The notes beneath the pieces were generated by a model. That model was not told the DNA's origin. It did not search any database and was given only the letters and a program-made list of their open reading frames with translations. This document shows, piece after piece, positions 1-12,300 of a DNA stretch of 64,000 bases. Every line of letters starts with the position of its first letter. The stretch's first letter is position 1. The position numbers were made by a program, and so were the translations under genes. Source of the DNA: Lama guanicoe (Eukaryota); assembly GCA_013239625.1 (NCBI GenBank), contig MU054338.1, positions 4,613,371 through 4,677,370 on the forward strand, in the 5' to 3' direction.

Positions 1-3000
1 CTCATAAAGCCGAGGAGGCTGGGATGCCTGAAACCCACACATGCGAGTTTGTTTCTACACGAGGTACATTTTTATCTTTTGACCCTGAGTCCAACGATTG
101 GCCAAGCATTTCTCCCGCTTTTGCTGTTTCAGGCTTTGGAAAAGGTCAGTGAGGAGTAAATGGTGTGAATCAGAGGCTAAGAATGAATGCGTTGCTATCT
201 ATGTGCACAGGCTAGAGCGGAAAACTGGGAACGGTGCGGCTTGGGGGACAGCAGGGTGCAGGCGAAGTCGCATACGGAGAGAGGACTCCAACGGGTGGTC
301 CTTCCGCTGAGAATGAGAGAAGAATGGATCTCACCAGCCGGAAGCTGTTGCAAGTGAAACGCTTCTAGTTCAGCCCAGCAAGCCTGCCCTTCCCTGACCT
401 TGAGCAGGTGTTTCAGCTCCGGGGTCCTCAGTGCCGTCTGTCCAGTGAGGAGGCTGAAAGCATCTGATCTGGTAACAAGTACTCAGGGACAGCCTTCTCC
501 GTGCTAGGCATCGTCCTGAGCCTTGAGAGGACAGTGATGAGGGGCAGAGGCTGCTCTTGCCTTCAGGGAGCTCAGAATGCGTGAAAAGATGGAAATGGAG
601 AAATTCCCACACAAGGCAAGGGCCCCATGGGTTACCACTGTAGCAGCCAAATTCCTTGAAACCCGCAGCAGATTATCGTTTGATGCGATAACTTCTATGG
701 CTCTTAGATTTTAATCTGGCAAACACCAGCTCACTTCTTATTTCATTTATAATTTTCACACTTGTAACGTGTTTTCTTTCCCTTCTGTCAATTTCCCAAG
801 TGAAATGGTATAAATGGTGGACTTTCCTGGGAAGAGCAGCAATGGATCCTCATAACGTAACTTAACAAATGCTCGGATTCATTACCTGGCTTTCCTGGTG
901 GTAGAAAGGAAGACCGAGTATCAAGCAACTTGTTAAAATCTGTTTGGAGAACTTTGCATCACACATTGGCTGTGTGGACAGAAATTATGTTTTCGTTCTC
1001 TAACGTGGCTTGTGAAACTTCATCATAAAATCTTGACTCAGACTCTCACACTTGTTACATATTTAGCTTATTTTTTTGTGGAAGCAAACTGTTTTCTTCC
1101 TTTTTGAAAAAGATTAAGGCTCTCTGCCCACAGATTCTCCAGACATGCTTGTCTGGTTTAGCACGAGTTTCAGCTCCTCGGTGTATTTTTCTGTTCTCCC
1201 TTATTGCTTGTAAATTGGATATTCTGATCCTTTGAAGAAGGGTGGGTCTTTGACGCTGGAGACTCAAGAGGAAAATATAGGGGAGAGAATTTTTTTAAAG
1301 CACTTGGTTGATTGGCTGATTTGCACAGTGTTTTTTTTTTAAATAAAAGTATATATAGTCAGTTTACAATGTTGTGTTAATTTCTGGTGTACAGCTTAGT
1401 GATTCATTTATATGTATTCCTTTTCATATTCTTTTTCATTATAGGCCATTACAAGGTATTGAATATAGTTCCCTGTGCTATACAGGAGGGCCTTGTGATT
1501 TGCGCAGCTTTGAGGAACTGGAAAATGCTGAATACTGACATCAGTGCTACTCCTAGCAAAGAGTGTCTCCAATTACTTTTACATTTTACTCGCATAATAT
1601 TAGAATTTGAAGTTATCTACAGCGTAAAATTTTCACATCCGTGGCACGTCACTAAGGTATTTGACGTGAACTTTTCCCATTACTCAGAACAATGCAGTTC
1701 TCCAGAAATTAACACAACATTGTAAATTGACTATCCTTCAATTAAAAAAAAAAAACCTTTAAGATTTGGATTAAAAACAAACAAAACAGCTTTAAGACTG
1801 GGATAAAAAATGTAGTTCTTTTTTTTAAAAAACAATTTATAATAAGAACTGAATGATGTATAGTTTTTCTGTAGCCAATTGCTCACTTCGTCTGGATATA
1901 CTCTCATGTTCTTAACTCTATTTACAATCTAAATTTGTATTCTTTTATCAAAGCCTCACAGAATTGCTGTGTGTGTGTGTGTGTGTGTGTATGTTAAACT
2001 TGCCTCTCTTACAGTGCTAAAAAGTGTAGCACCAGCTTTCGAAAACCATCTTGCAAGTTATCATCATGGCCAGGGTGATAACCCTAATGTATATGCTGAT
2101 AAAGTCTGATGTGACTTGAGTAGGGTGTGTGCCTGTAATCAGAGCTGATGAGGTTCGTTCTTTCACGCACTCATTGCTTAAAGAAATACTCAGTTTCTTA
2201 TGTTCCTATTCTACGTTTTTCCCACATATAATGTTTAAGAGGGTGGACAGAATATATAACAAAACTATACTAATCTACAAAAATCAGTGTATTATTTCTA
2301 CCATTCTATGGCTATGGGTCACTTTTTTTTTAAGTGTTTTTCAGAGCAGTTTTAGGTGTGCAGAAAAATTAAGAGGAAGGTACCGAGATTTCCCATGTGC
2401 CCTCTGTCCGCACACACGCATAGCCTCCCCCGTAATAAACACCCCCCACCAGAGTGGTTCTTTTGTGACAACTGATGAACCAAGATGGAGACATCTATCA
2501 CCTCCTTGGATCCCTTTGGGTTTTTTTTTTTTTTTCCCTCTGTGATAAGACCACTTAATAATCTACCCTCTTAGAAATGTTTTGGGTGTACAAAACAGTA
2601 CTGTTAAGTACAGGCACCAGGCTTATACAGCCGCTCTCTGGAACACATTGACCTTGTAGAACTGCAACTTTATACCCACTGAATGATTTCCCGTTTCTCC
2701 CTCCCCCAGTCCCTGGCAACCACCATTTCTTTTCTGCTTCTCTAAATAGGACTGTGGTTACGCCCTTATCAATGGAATCATGAACTACTTGTCCTGCTGG
2801 GAATGACTTTTTTCACTTTGTCTTTTGGGTCCCTCCATGCTGTTTGCAAACGATAGGATTTCCTTTATTTTTTTCAGGCAGAATAATATTCAATTGTATG
2901 AGCTCCCAAATAGAAGATTTGTTTCCTTTCTGTTACGATCACTGTTTATTTTTTAGATTCCATATACAACTGGCGAGTACTTGTCTTTCTCTCTGTGACT

Positions 3001-3079
3001 TCCTTCACTTAGCATGGTACCCTCCAAGTCCATCCATGTTGTTGCAAACGGCAAAATTTCATTCTTTTTTTTAAAAAAA

Positions 3080-3725
3080 ATTTCTTTAAGTGCAGTTGAT
3101 TTATGATGTTAGTTTCAGGTATACAGAAAAATGATTCAGTTATACATTTACATATAATATATATATTCTTTTCAGATTCTTTTCCATTATCTGGTATTAC
3201 AAAAAATTGAATACAGTTCCCTGTGCTATATGGTAGGTCCTTGTTGTTTATCTAGTTTATATACAGTGTGTGTGTGTGTTAATCCTCAACCCCTAATTTA
3301 TCCCTCCCTGCTCTTTCCCCTTTGGTAAGTGTAATTTGTTTTCTATGTCCATGAGTCTGTTTTAGGTTTGTAAATAGAATCTGTATCATTTTTTTTAGAT
3401 TCCACCCATAAGTGATATCATATGATACTTGTCTTTGTCTGTCTGACTTATTCCAGTCAATATGATCATCTCTAGGTCCATCCATGTTTGCTGCAAATGG
3501 CATTATTTCATTCTTTTTTGTGGCTGAGTAGTATTCCATTGTATAAATATTCCACATCTTCTTTGTCCAATCATCTGTTGATGGACACTTAGGTTGCTTC
3601 CATATCTCGGCTATTGTAAATAATGCTGCTATGAACACTGGGGTGCGTGTATCTTTTCTAATTACTGTTTTGGGTTTTTTTTTTCCAATTCTATACCCAG
3701 GAGTGGAATTGCTGGGTCAGACGAT
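3080..3725 (-). mobile_element. LINE-1 3' fragment (end of ORF2 plus 3' UTR)
   Basis: ORF 3279-3638(-) [24 protein letters not shown]...MEYYSA is the L1 ORF2 C-terminus; typical L1 3' UTR follows. Boundaries approximate. Confidence 0.9.
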
Positions 3726-3737
3726 AGTTTTCAAATG

Positions 3738-4383
3738 GAAGACTTTCTTTATTTCAAAAGTTATCCAGGTGACCTGGGACATAATATAATACCACTCAGA
3801 GTCAGTTCTCCTCTGCCTCCACCCCAAGACCAGATAAAGATTCTACAGAAGGAGAGGAAGTCTTTGAGGAAGTTAGACCGTGAGACATTCATGGGGCTCT
3901 TGTCCACAACCACTGCCCAGGGGTTGTAGCACATGTGCAGAGCAATCTGTATGTAGTTTGGGAGATGCAGGAGCAGGAGGAATCTGTTCCAGAATTAACT
4001 GGCCACTGCCGTCCCAAACAGGGTCCCCTATAACCAGGATGTATAGCAGTTTTACCACAAAGACCAGGTAGTCCGAACATTGAAAGACTACTGTTAACTA
4101 AAGAAAATCAGACATCTCAAGAAAGAATTTAGCACTTTTCTATGTATGGGAAGGAACAAAGGTCTGGGCTCATTAAAATCATTCCTTTGACAAGCATCTG
4201 GCTCTCTAGGGCCAGTATCCTGTCCTTTCACATTCTGAGTTCCCTCAGGGGGCACTGTTGGGGGTGGCTGCCTGCTTGTCTGCGTCCTGAGCTCACTGTC
4301 AGGGGTGGTGGCAGCAGCTGACGACTTGATGGCTTCAGCATCCTTTGTTTACTGATAGGTCCTGCAGTATTTTTTGTTACACA
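3738..4383 (-). mobile_element. ERV1-type LTR, same family as 20171-20645
   Basis: Shares a long block (actgttaa.taaagaaaa.cagaca...tatgtatgg...ggctcatt...gcatcctttgtttactga) with 20171-20645. Confidence 0.65.
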
Positions 4384-6004
4384 AGCACTTGTTAAGAGCT
4401 CCATCAATGTTTAAGAAATGAAGGAAGGAAAGAGAGCATGAGGAGGAAAGGAAGAGGAGAAAGAACCAGTTAAATGATATTTATGAAATCTCGATCTTTT
4501 GTCTCTCGCTATGTTGGGAGTTTGAGATTTGCAAATGTTAACCCCTATATGTAAAGATAGACAAAAAACAAATGTCTTCTGTGTAGCCCAGGGAACTTTG
4601 TTCAATATCTTGTAATAACCTTTAATGAAAAAGAATATGAAAAGGAATATATGTATATATATGCATGACTGGGACATTATGCTGTATGCCAGAAATTGAC
4701 ACATTGTAACTGACTATCCTTCAATTTAAAAAAAAGAAAGAAAGAAAAGAAAGGAAAGAGACATTTTACAATTAGAGCAGCTCCTTCTAACTCCCCAACC
4801 CTGAGTCCCATTTCTCTTCTTTCCCTTCCTCCAAGCAGGCAACTCTCATTATTTATGTAGCGTATACCCTTCCCTTCTGAACTTCACATGTATATGCATT
4901 ATATACATCCAAACACGTATGCATCTAAACATGTATTCATGCATAAAACATCCATATTCATGAACAATATATAGCATTGTTTTATGCACTTACATTTTTA
5001 CCTGTACATACCTACACATGTGTAATGAATGGATTTATTTATTTTTCCTTTTTCACTTTGTCATTATAAGTTATTACAAGATATTGAATGTAGCTCCCTT
5101 ATAATGAGTGTATCAGCATTTCATCCTGTTCTTTTTAACTGAAGTGCAGTCAGTTACAGTATGTCTGGTGTATAGCACGATGTTCCAGTCGTGTATATTA
5201 ATACATATATTCATTTTCATATTCTTTTTCATTAAAGGTTATTACAAGATATTGAATATAGTTCCCTCTGCTATACAGAAGAAAACTTGTTTTCATCCCT
5301 TTCTTTTCAATTAAACTAGTTTTTAAAGATGACTTCTGTGGAAATGGGACTCTCATGCCCTGTATTATAATGAACACAGACATGTATTCATGACTGGTTT
5401 GCACCCAGTACCCACAGGAAGAGAATGGGGGAAGTGGGTTTTTGCAAGAGCATGCATCGAGGCTCCACCCTTACAGAGCTAAACAATGTAGTCTGGGAGG
5501 TAACCTCTGTTGGTGTCCAGGAGACAAGGTTAGCAACCGGATAACACATAATTAAAGCATCACTTTTTTGCAGGGGGTGCAGATCATTTAAGAAAATGAC
5601 TGAGTGTTGGTATGAAAACTTTGAGAAATTATTTGGCTCCATCTACTATATCTCTATGGTTTCTCTCTGTCTATTTGTAATCATCTCTACATCTGTCTCC
5701 ACCTATCTATGTATATTTTGTGCTGTCTTTTTGTATATATATACATATGTGTGTGTGTGTGCGCGCGCGCATGCGCTCATGTGCATGCAAATTCACTCCT
5801 GGGCACAACCCCAAGAGAAATGAGTACCCATCTATACCTTTAGATATGTATGAATATTCACAGATTAATAGATGAGGGCATATTCATGCAATGGAATACT
5901 ACACATCAATGAAAAAGGACAAAGCACAGCTACATGCACCAGCACAAATAAATCTCACAAACAATGATTAGCAAAAGAAGGCAGATCAAAAGGACAACAG
6001 ATTA

Positions 6005-6120
6005 GGGGAAGGGTATAGCTCAGTGGTAGAGGGCATGCTTAGCAAGCATGAGGTCCTGGGTTCAATCCTCAGTACCTCCATTAAAATAAATAAATAAACC
6101 TAATTACCTCCCCACTAAAA
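6005..6120 (+). mobile_element. tRNA-derived SINE (camelid Vic-1-like)
   Basis: ggggaagggtatagctcagtggtagag...ggttcaatcctcagtacctcca (Pol III A and B boxes) then A-rich tail and cctaattacctcccc. Other copies near 10335-10460(-), 23610-23692(-), 29427-29535(-), 30217-30332(-), 31298-31378(-), 34712-34778(+), 39645-39720(+), 42298-42425(+), 42998-43120(-), 51618-51678(-), 63620-63680(-). Confidence 0.85.
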
Positions 6121-6636
6121 ATTTTGTTTTTTACTTTGAAAAAAGTTCAATGGATGGTATAAGTCTCTTTATATGAAGAACAGACAAAAATAATCTCTGG
6201 TGGTGAAAGTCAGGAGAGTGGTTAATTCCAGGGTTGGGGGGATGGGACTGACCCATAGACTCGGTGCCTGTGGGGAGAGGGGCAGGAGCTGCTGCAGAAG
6301 TACCATCGAGGCCAGGGGAGCACAGTGGAGGAGGCCTCCCAGCCAGCTCTGGTTTTACAGACCTCGCCTCTGGCCTGGACCTGGCACTAGTTGGCCACAC
6401 GTGGAAGCTCAGCATGAATGCCGAGAAGAACCCAGTGGTCTTCTGGCCACGGATGGCAGTCTTTCCCCCGAGACTCCGCAGCCCCCATGGCACTGGGACA
6501 ACTGGCGGCAAACATCTCCTGTCCCCTCCCCTTCTGGGTCATGAGCCCAGGCCTCTGGCCTCCCTCCTGCCCTTGTGCCACCCACAGACTGGCCTCTCCC
6601 TCCCGGATTCATCCCCCTGGCAGCCCACAGACAGGC

Positions 6637-7141
6637 TGTAACAGGGAAGAACAAAGCTGACTCCGTAATGACTCGATTCCTTTAGCTCTAAGCTTTGTGC
6701 TCTGCTGCCTGTGTTTAGCATTGGTAGCTCTGCACCTCCACGGACAAGTGTTGCTTCGAGCCTGAAATATATAGAAGAGCCCATTCTCCAGGCTCTGACC
6801 TTTAAAGGCATAACACTTTTCCATTAAAAAATTGCAGAAGTGAGAATAACATTCATCTTGTTGGAGGTTTACAAGGACATCGTGACCTGACCTGCATGGC
6901 TAGCTGCAAGAAAAAAAGATTCTGAAACCAAGAAGTTTGCAACAACCAGCCACATGCCCTCCCCTTTTAGTATAGAAGCCTGAGCTCTAACTCAGGGGAG
7001 ATGGTTCTTTGGGACACTAGTGCACCATCTTCTCTGTCTGCTGGCTTTCTGAATAAAGTTGCTCTTCCTTGCCCCAAGAGCTAGTCTCTCGATTCATTGG
7101 CCTGTCATGCAGCGAGCAGTACGATCTTGGACTCAGTAACA
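6637..7141 (+). mobile_element. ERV1-class solo LTR
   Basis: TGTAAC...GTAACA termini, 4-bp target site duplication AGGC (6633-6636 and 7142-7145), TATA-like tagtatagaa near 6970 and AATAAA near 7052. Confidence 0.85.
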
Positions 7142-7729
7142 AGGCCAGCAGAGCTCTGGACCACCCAGTCCCCCTGGCCTGGAGGAGGATGGCCCCAGGA
7201 TCTGAGGATTCTGAGTGTGCAGCCCCTGTGCTGTCTCCTAGCAGGTTGACCACCTCCCCAGCTGCTCCCTGGGTTCAGAGTAGCTGTCAGCCGATCTGCT
7301 CTCAGTTGCCAAGACACGGTCCCCAAGAGGACCTGCAGGGAGCTAGTCCACTGTCCTCCCCCACCCTCTGCCAGCCAGTGGGGGAGCCAGCTGCACCTGA
7401 TGGCTCTGCCTCCTTGTCTCCCAGACCCAGTCAGCACCGGCAGAGAACTGCTCCTGTGAGCCCCCAGGGTGGGAGGACACACACTCTCCCCAGGACCTGA
7501 CAGCTCCAGGCTCGAGGGCCAGATACACAGGGCAAGTTACACCTCTGCTGAGGGCAGCATTCCCAGCCAGGGCTGACCAGACACTAGGAGAGGCCTCTCC
7601 ACAAGAGCCAGGGGGAGTCGCTGGCCTGGCCTTTGAGATCCACTATCACTTTGTTCCAATAATCCAATTCTTTCACTTACATTCTGCTCTTTTAAGAAAG
7701 ATGACTTCACAGCCTCAATTTCTTTTTTT

Positions 7730-8270
7730 TTTAATTGAAGTATGGTCAGTTACAATGCTGTGTCAGTTTCTGGTGTCCAGCATCATGTTTCAGTCATACT
7801 TACACATACATATATGCATTTTCATATTCCTTTTCATTGCAGGATACTGTAAGATACTGAATATAGTTCCCTGTGCTCTACAGTATCTATGTTATATATA
7901 GTAGTTAGGATTTGCAAATCCCAAACTCCTAATTTATCCCTTCCCAACCCCTTTACCCCTGGTAACCATAAGTTTGTTTTCTATGTCTGTGAGTCTCTTT
8001 CTGTTCTGTAAATAAGTTCATTTGTGTCATTTTTTTAGATTCCACATATAAGTGATATCATACCATATTTGTCTTTCTCTTTCTGGCTTACTTCACCTAG
8101 TATGACTATCTTCAGATCCATCCATGTTGCTGCAAATGGCATTAGTTTGTTCTTTTTTATGGCTGAGTAGTATTCCATTGTATAAATACACCACATCTTC
8201 TTTATCCCGTCATCTGTCGATGGACATTTAGGTTGTTCCCATGTCTTGGCTGTTGTAAATCGTGCTGCAT
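7730..8270 (-). mobile_element. LINE-1 3' end
   Basis: Poly-T then ttaattgaagtat...tttctggtgt...tagattccacatataagtgata...ggctgagtagtattcc, the L1 3' UTR recurring throughout the window. Confidence 0.85.
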
Positions 8271-8654
8271 AGCCTCAATTTCACAAGTTGTACCCTTCCC
8301 AAGCCCACTGTTTTTCCTTGTCATAATTTTCTTGGCTAGTCTAAGGCATTTAATCTTTTTATACGAACTTAAAAGGATTTTGTCCTATCCACCACTAGCA
8401 AAAAACCCCCAAAATCCAAAAAACAAAAATAGCAGCAAAAACAAAACAAAATAAAACAAAACACTAGCACCATGTTTCAAAATATAATTTCATTCACTTT
8501 TCATATTAAATTTGGTCCAGTAGACAAATGCATTCATCCTAGGATAGGGATGTCTTTCTTTTTGTTTAAACCGTATTTAGGTTTTTAGTTAAGATTGTAT
8601 CACTTTCTTGCAGTGTATATGCATTTTAATGTGGAAAGGCATTTATAAGTTAGA

Positions 8655-8830
8655 ACACTGGTTCTCAACTAGGAGAAGAAGTGGTCATTTGGCCACGTCA
8701 GGAGACACTTTTGGTTGTCACAACAGGGGTTGGGGGAGGGTGCTTCTGGCATCTAATGGGTGGAGCCCCAGGCCGGCTCCGCACAGCAAAGAGTAATCCG
8801 ACACCAATGTCAGTGATATTGAGATGGAGA
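8655..8830. mobile_element. MER20-like DNA transposon relic (second copy about 61345-61520)
   Basis: tggttctcaac...tttggccacgtcaggagacacttttggttgtcacaac...ctggcatctaatggg pattern. Confidence 0.6.
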
Positions 8831-9324
8831 AACAATATGCAGACCACAGTTAAATTTTTCTAAAATACTAGTAGGAGTGCTAAGCTTAGAGATTAGGCAT
8901 GACTTTTTTATTTTCTTCTTTCTGAAATTTCTGTGATTGGTATTTTTGACCTTAAGATTTTTTAGACAATATTTCATTATGAACATTTGCAAACATAGGG
9001 CAAAGCTGAAAGAATTTTACAGTGAACTCCCATATTCCCACCACCTGGAACTTACAATGAGCCCTTTACTTGCATTTTCACGTGTGTCTCCATTCCTGCA
9101 TTCCTCTATCCATCTATTCGTCCATCTTATTTTTTTAAACATTTCAGAAGAAGCCGCTGCCTACAGTAGACTTTTCCTGTTTCCCTATTAAAAAAAGAAA
9201 AGAAAGGAAAGGACAAAATTTGCTATTCTCTTCAATTGCCCATTACAATACTAGAAAACTCTCCCGTAGTAGTTGTTACAAAATCCCCAATTCTCCTTGA
9301 GAAACACCAAAGAAAGATAAAAGG

Positions 9325-9361
9325 CGATGCAAGTTCCTATTTTTGCTTCCATTTCGTGGTC
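9325..9361 (+). promoter_or_regulatory. Candidate TATA-less myeloid-type promoter with PU.1/ETS-like sites
   Basis: aagttcctatttt (reverse AAAATAGGAACTT) and gcttccatttc lie just upstream of the ATG at 9362. ADGRE genes are myeloid and PU.1-driven (established); function here is inferred. Confidence 0.4.
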
Positions 9362-9392
9362 ATGGCTAGAAGTCACTTCTTGCCTTTGGGTG
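9362..9392 (+). CDS. ADGRE exon 1 (signal peptide start [10 protein letters not shown])
   Basis: gtcATGG start, 31 nt, phase 1, consensus donor G|GTAAGT; matches the short first coding exon of EMR genes. Confidence 0.75.
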
Positions 9393-12300
9393 GTAAGTCT
9401 TTCAAACATTTTATTCGCTTCAACTAGAAACAGCAAGGACTCTTGGCTTCTCATATTCTACTTCGTTTTCGAGGTTGTGACCTGGGCAGTGGGGGGCCGG
9501 GAGGGGGAATCCACTTTCTTTGTTCTTTGAAACCGCAGCTGGGGTGTCTTCTATGGAAATACTTAGAGGGATTAAGAAGAAGAAGTAATTCAGAATGATT
9601 CCTAAAGAAATGGGAATTTTTTTCAAAGCCCACAATCTCTAACATTCAGTCAAACAAGGATTGGATGGAAGTGAAGCCCTGGGCATCATCCTTCAAGACA
9701 TGAATCACTTTAACCTAAGAATGGATTCTTTTACGTCAGGACCAGACTTTCGGCATGGAAGGCTGCCCCGCGCTCATTTTTCTTCCTAAAACTGAGATAG
9801 AAACTCTGTCTTTGGGATCCATTTACTTAGACAAGCCAGAATTCCCACAGTGTGTGTCCTCCGGGTTTTAGAGCTGACTGCAGCATCCAAAGAGCTCATC
9901 AAAGCGCTACTTTTCTCTTTCCATCTGAACATCCTGCGGTTGGAACTGAAAACTGAGAGAGAGGCTTCCTCTCTTCCAGGGGAACTATAGTTGCTTTCTG
10001 CTCCTGATTTTGGAAGCTCCCAACCTGTATTACGTAAAACATATTAAAATTCTTTCTCATTCCAGGCTATGGTTGGGGGGGAGGGGGTAATGACTATAAA
10101 TACAAAGAGGTAAATATAATTTTCTATGTATTTCTATATAGTATTTCCATAATTTTATTTCCATAACTTAATTTTTTAATTTACTTGCCGGTGATAAACT
10201 CACATCTAATTGTTCAAGTCCTATGACTTTTATGAAACACTTGCCAGATGAGAAAACCTGAAGTATGTATTATTTTCTTTTATAAAAAAAGTTTTAATTT
10301 AAAATTTTTTATTATTATTTTTGTTTGTTTTGGTGGGGTGAGGTAACTAAGTTTATTTATTTATGTATTTTTTAACAGAGGTACTGGAGATTGAACCCAG
10401 GACCTGGCCCTCGTGCGTGCTAAGCATGCGCTCCACCGCTTGAGCTACACCCTTCCCCTCTGTTTTCAAATATAATAAAGTGTTAATGCCTGAAAAATTC
10501 AACAGTTGATTAAGTCACATGACGTTGCCTTTTGCAGGCATTAAAGTGAACATTTATCCATTGATATTGTTCAGTTTTCTAATTTTACCCCCTATTTTAT
10601 CTATTTTCCCCCCTGAGGTCTCAAATATTTTTATGGATCTGTGAACACTTTTAGCTCTAAGTGATAAAACCGTCGCTAGAGGGCTTAAATTATATTGGAC
10701 GTACCCCGTGCCTTTGGAGGAACGAAGCACCCAAGAGCTATTTGAGGGAATAACAAAAAGTCAAGTCAGCCTCAAGAGATTCAGATCCTCAGAAAACACT
10801 TAAAACATTAAATTCCCCTTTTGTTTTCTCTCCCAGGGCTTTCCTGCTTCATTTTCTTCGCGAACATTCATAATTCATTCCAAGGTATGTGGGTGACAAG
10901 CAAAGGGAATCCGAAATGGCTCATGGAGCTTATGTTTCTAAGATACTTATTTACAACGCAGTTTGGAGATAAGCAGACCAACTTTTGCTGTCCCCCAAAT
11001 TCACACCTAGAAAGAGAAGTATGGAAATGGTGAGCACTGGCTCAAGTTCATGCAGCCATCCAGGGACACAGCCAAGTGTAATTCCAGCCCTTGTAAGTTT
11101 TCCCTCCACACTGTACTTACAGCATTTGAAAAGAAACAGCTTCATTGTTTATTCTTACTGTTTCTTTCTTTCTTTCCTTCTTTTTTTCCTTCCTCCCTTC
11201 CTTCCTTTCTTTCTTTCCTTCTTTCCTTCCTTCTTTTTTTCTTTCCTTCTTTCTTTCTTTCCTTCCTTCCTTTCTTTCTGTCTTTCTTGGTCCTTTGTGG
11301 GAAGAGGTAATTAGGTTTACCTTTTTTTTCTTTTGCTGCGTTAAGCTTTATTGTTTTCGTTTGGTCCAAGGCTTGGGAGAGGGCTCCAGGATGGTTAACA
11401 AGCCTGGTGACTGCAGAGAGAGGCTCCAGGCAGAAGCCCTGACACCAGAGGGGCACAGAGGCCGCTGGGGTGCAGAGGCTCCTAGTCATGCTCGAGGGTG
11501 AGCCTTTCAAAGAGATACTCGCCCAGCCCAGCCTGGGGACCAGAAAGCCTGTGGGGGTTGGTCAGGTGGTTGCCCATCTTCTTGATGAGTTTCACCTCCT
11601 CATCTAGGAAGTGGCTCTCCAGGAAGTCGCAGAGGCGTGGGCCTGCGCGGGCAGAACCCAGGGCATGCAGATCCACAAGGGCCTGGTTCGGGGGCTTCTC
11701 CTTACCTACTCATTTTTAAGAGAGGCACTGGGCTTGAACTCAGGACCTCATGCGTGCGAGGCACACACTCTACCACTGGCTGCACCCTCCCCCCTAATCC
11801 TTACTGTTTAACTTACACAGGCTGTTTACACAAAGAATCCACAAATATCAGGAGAAACGTTATATGGAAATAATAGATGACCACTCTTTTTATTACAATA
11901 TTTATATATATATATATATACATTTAGCTATTTATATATATACACACATATATACCTATGTGTACTTATCTACCTGTTTATACATGTATAAAATATATAT
12001 TTATTTGCATATATTTATACAGATACAAAAAATATAAAAAATATGAATATAATTTATATTTATATAAATCAAATATATAAATGTATAAAATATATTTATA
12101 ATATATGATGATATGCTTATAATAAGTTAATCATATATTTATACCATTATAATATATTAATAATATATTATTTATATTATTATAATGTATACTGTATAAT
12201 ATAAATGTATAAAATATGTTTATATATTTTAATATATTTATACAGATAAAAGTATTTTATATATTTATATCGATGTAAACATAAATTTTATATATACCTA

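Noticed and set aside
98..612. Short ORFs and an acceptor-like site near 132
   Set aside because: No recognisable protein similarity and no supporting exon chain within the window.
1330..5290. Recurrent 100-200 bp segments (gtgtacagc...attctttttcatt...gttccctgtgcta) as a novel repeat family
   Set aside because: They match the extreme 3' end of the longer L1 copies in the window, i.e. 5'-truncated L1 insertions.
6005..6080. tRNA gene
   Set aside because: tRNA-like head continues into the SINE body and tail and recurs more than ten times.
6131..7528. Cluster of overlapping 60-143 aa ORFs
   Set aside because: GC-rich repeat-derived sequence interrupted by an LTR; no domain signal.
9755..9800. 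Alternative ADGRE first exon [11 protein letters not shown]
   Set aside because: No GT donor follows; 9362-9392 has the right length, phase and a consensus donor.
10985..11510. Hydrophobic or Lys/Arg/Glu-rich ORFs
   Set aside because: Translations of the (TTTC)n microsatellite; same for 34747-35045.
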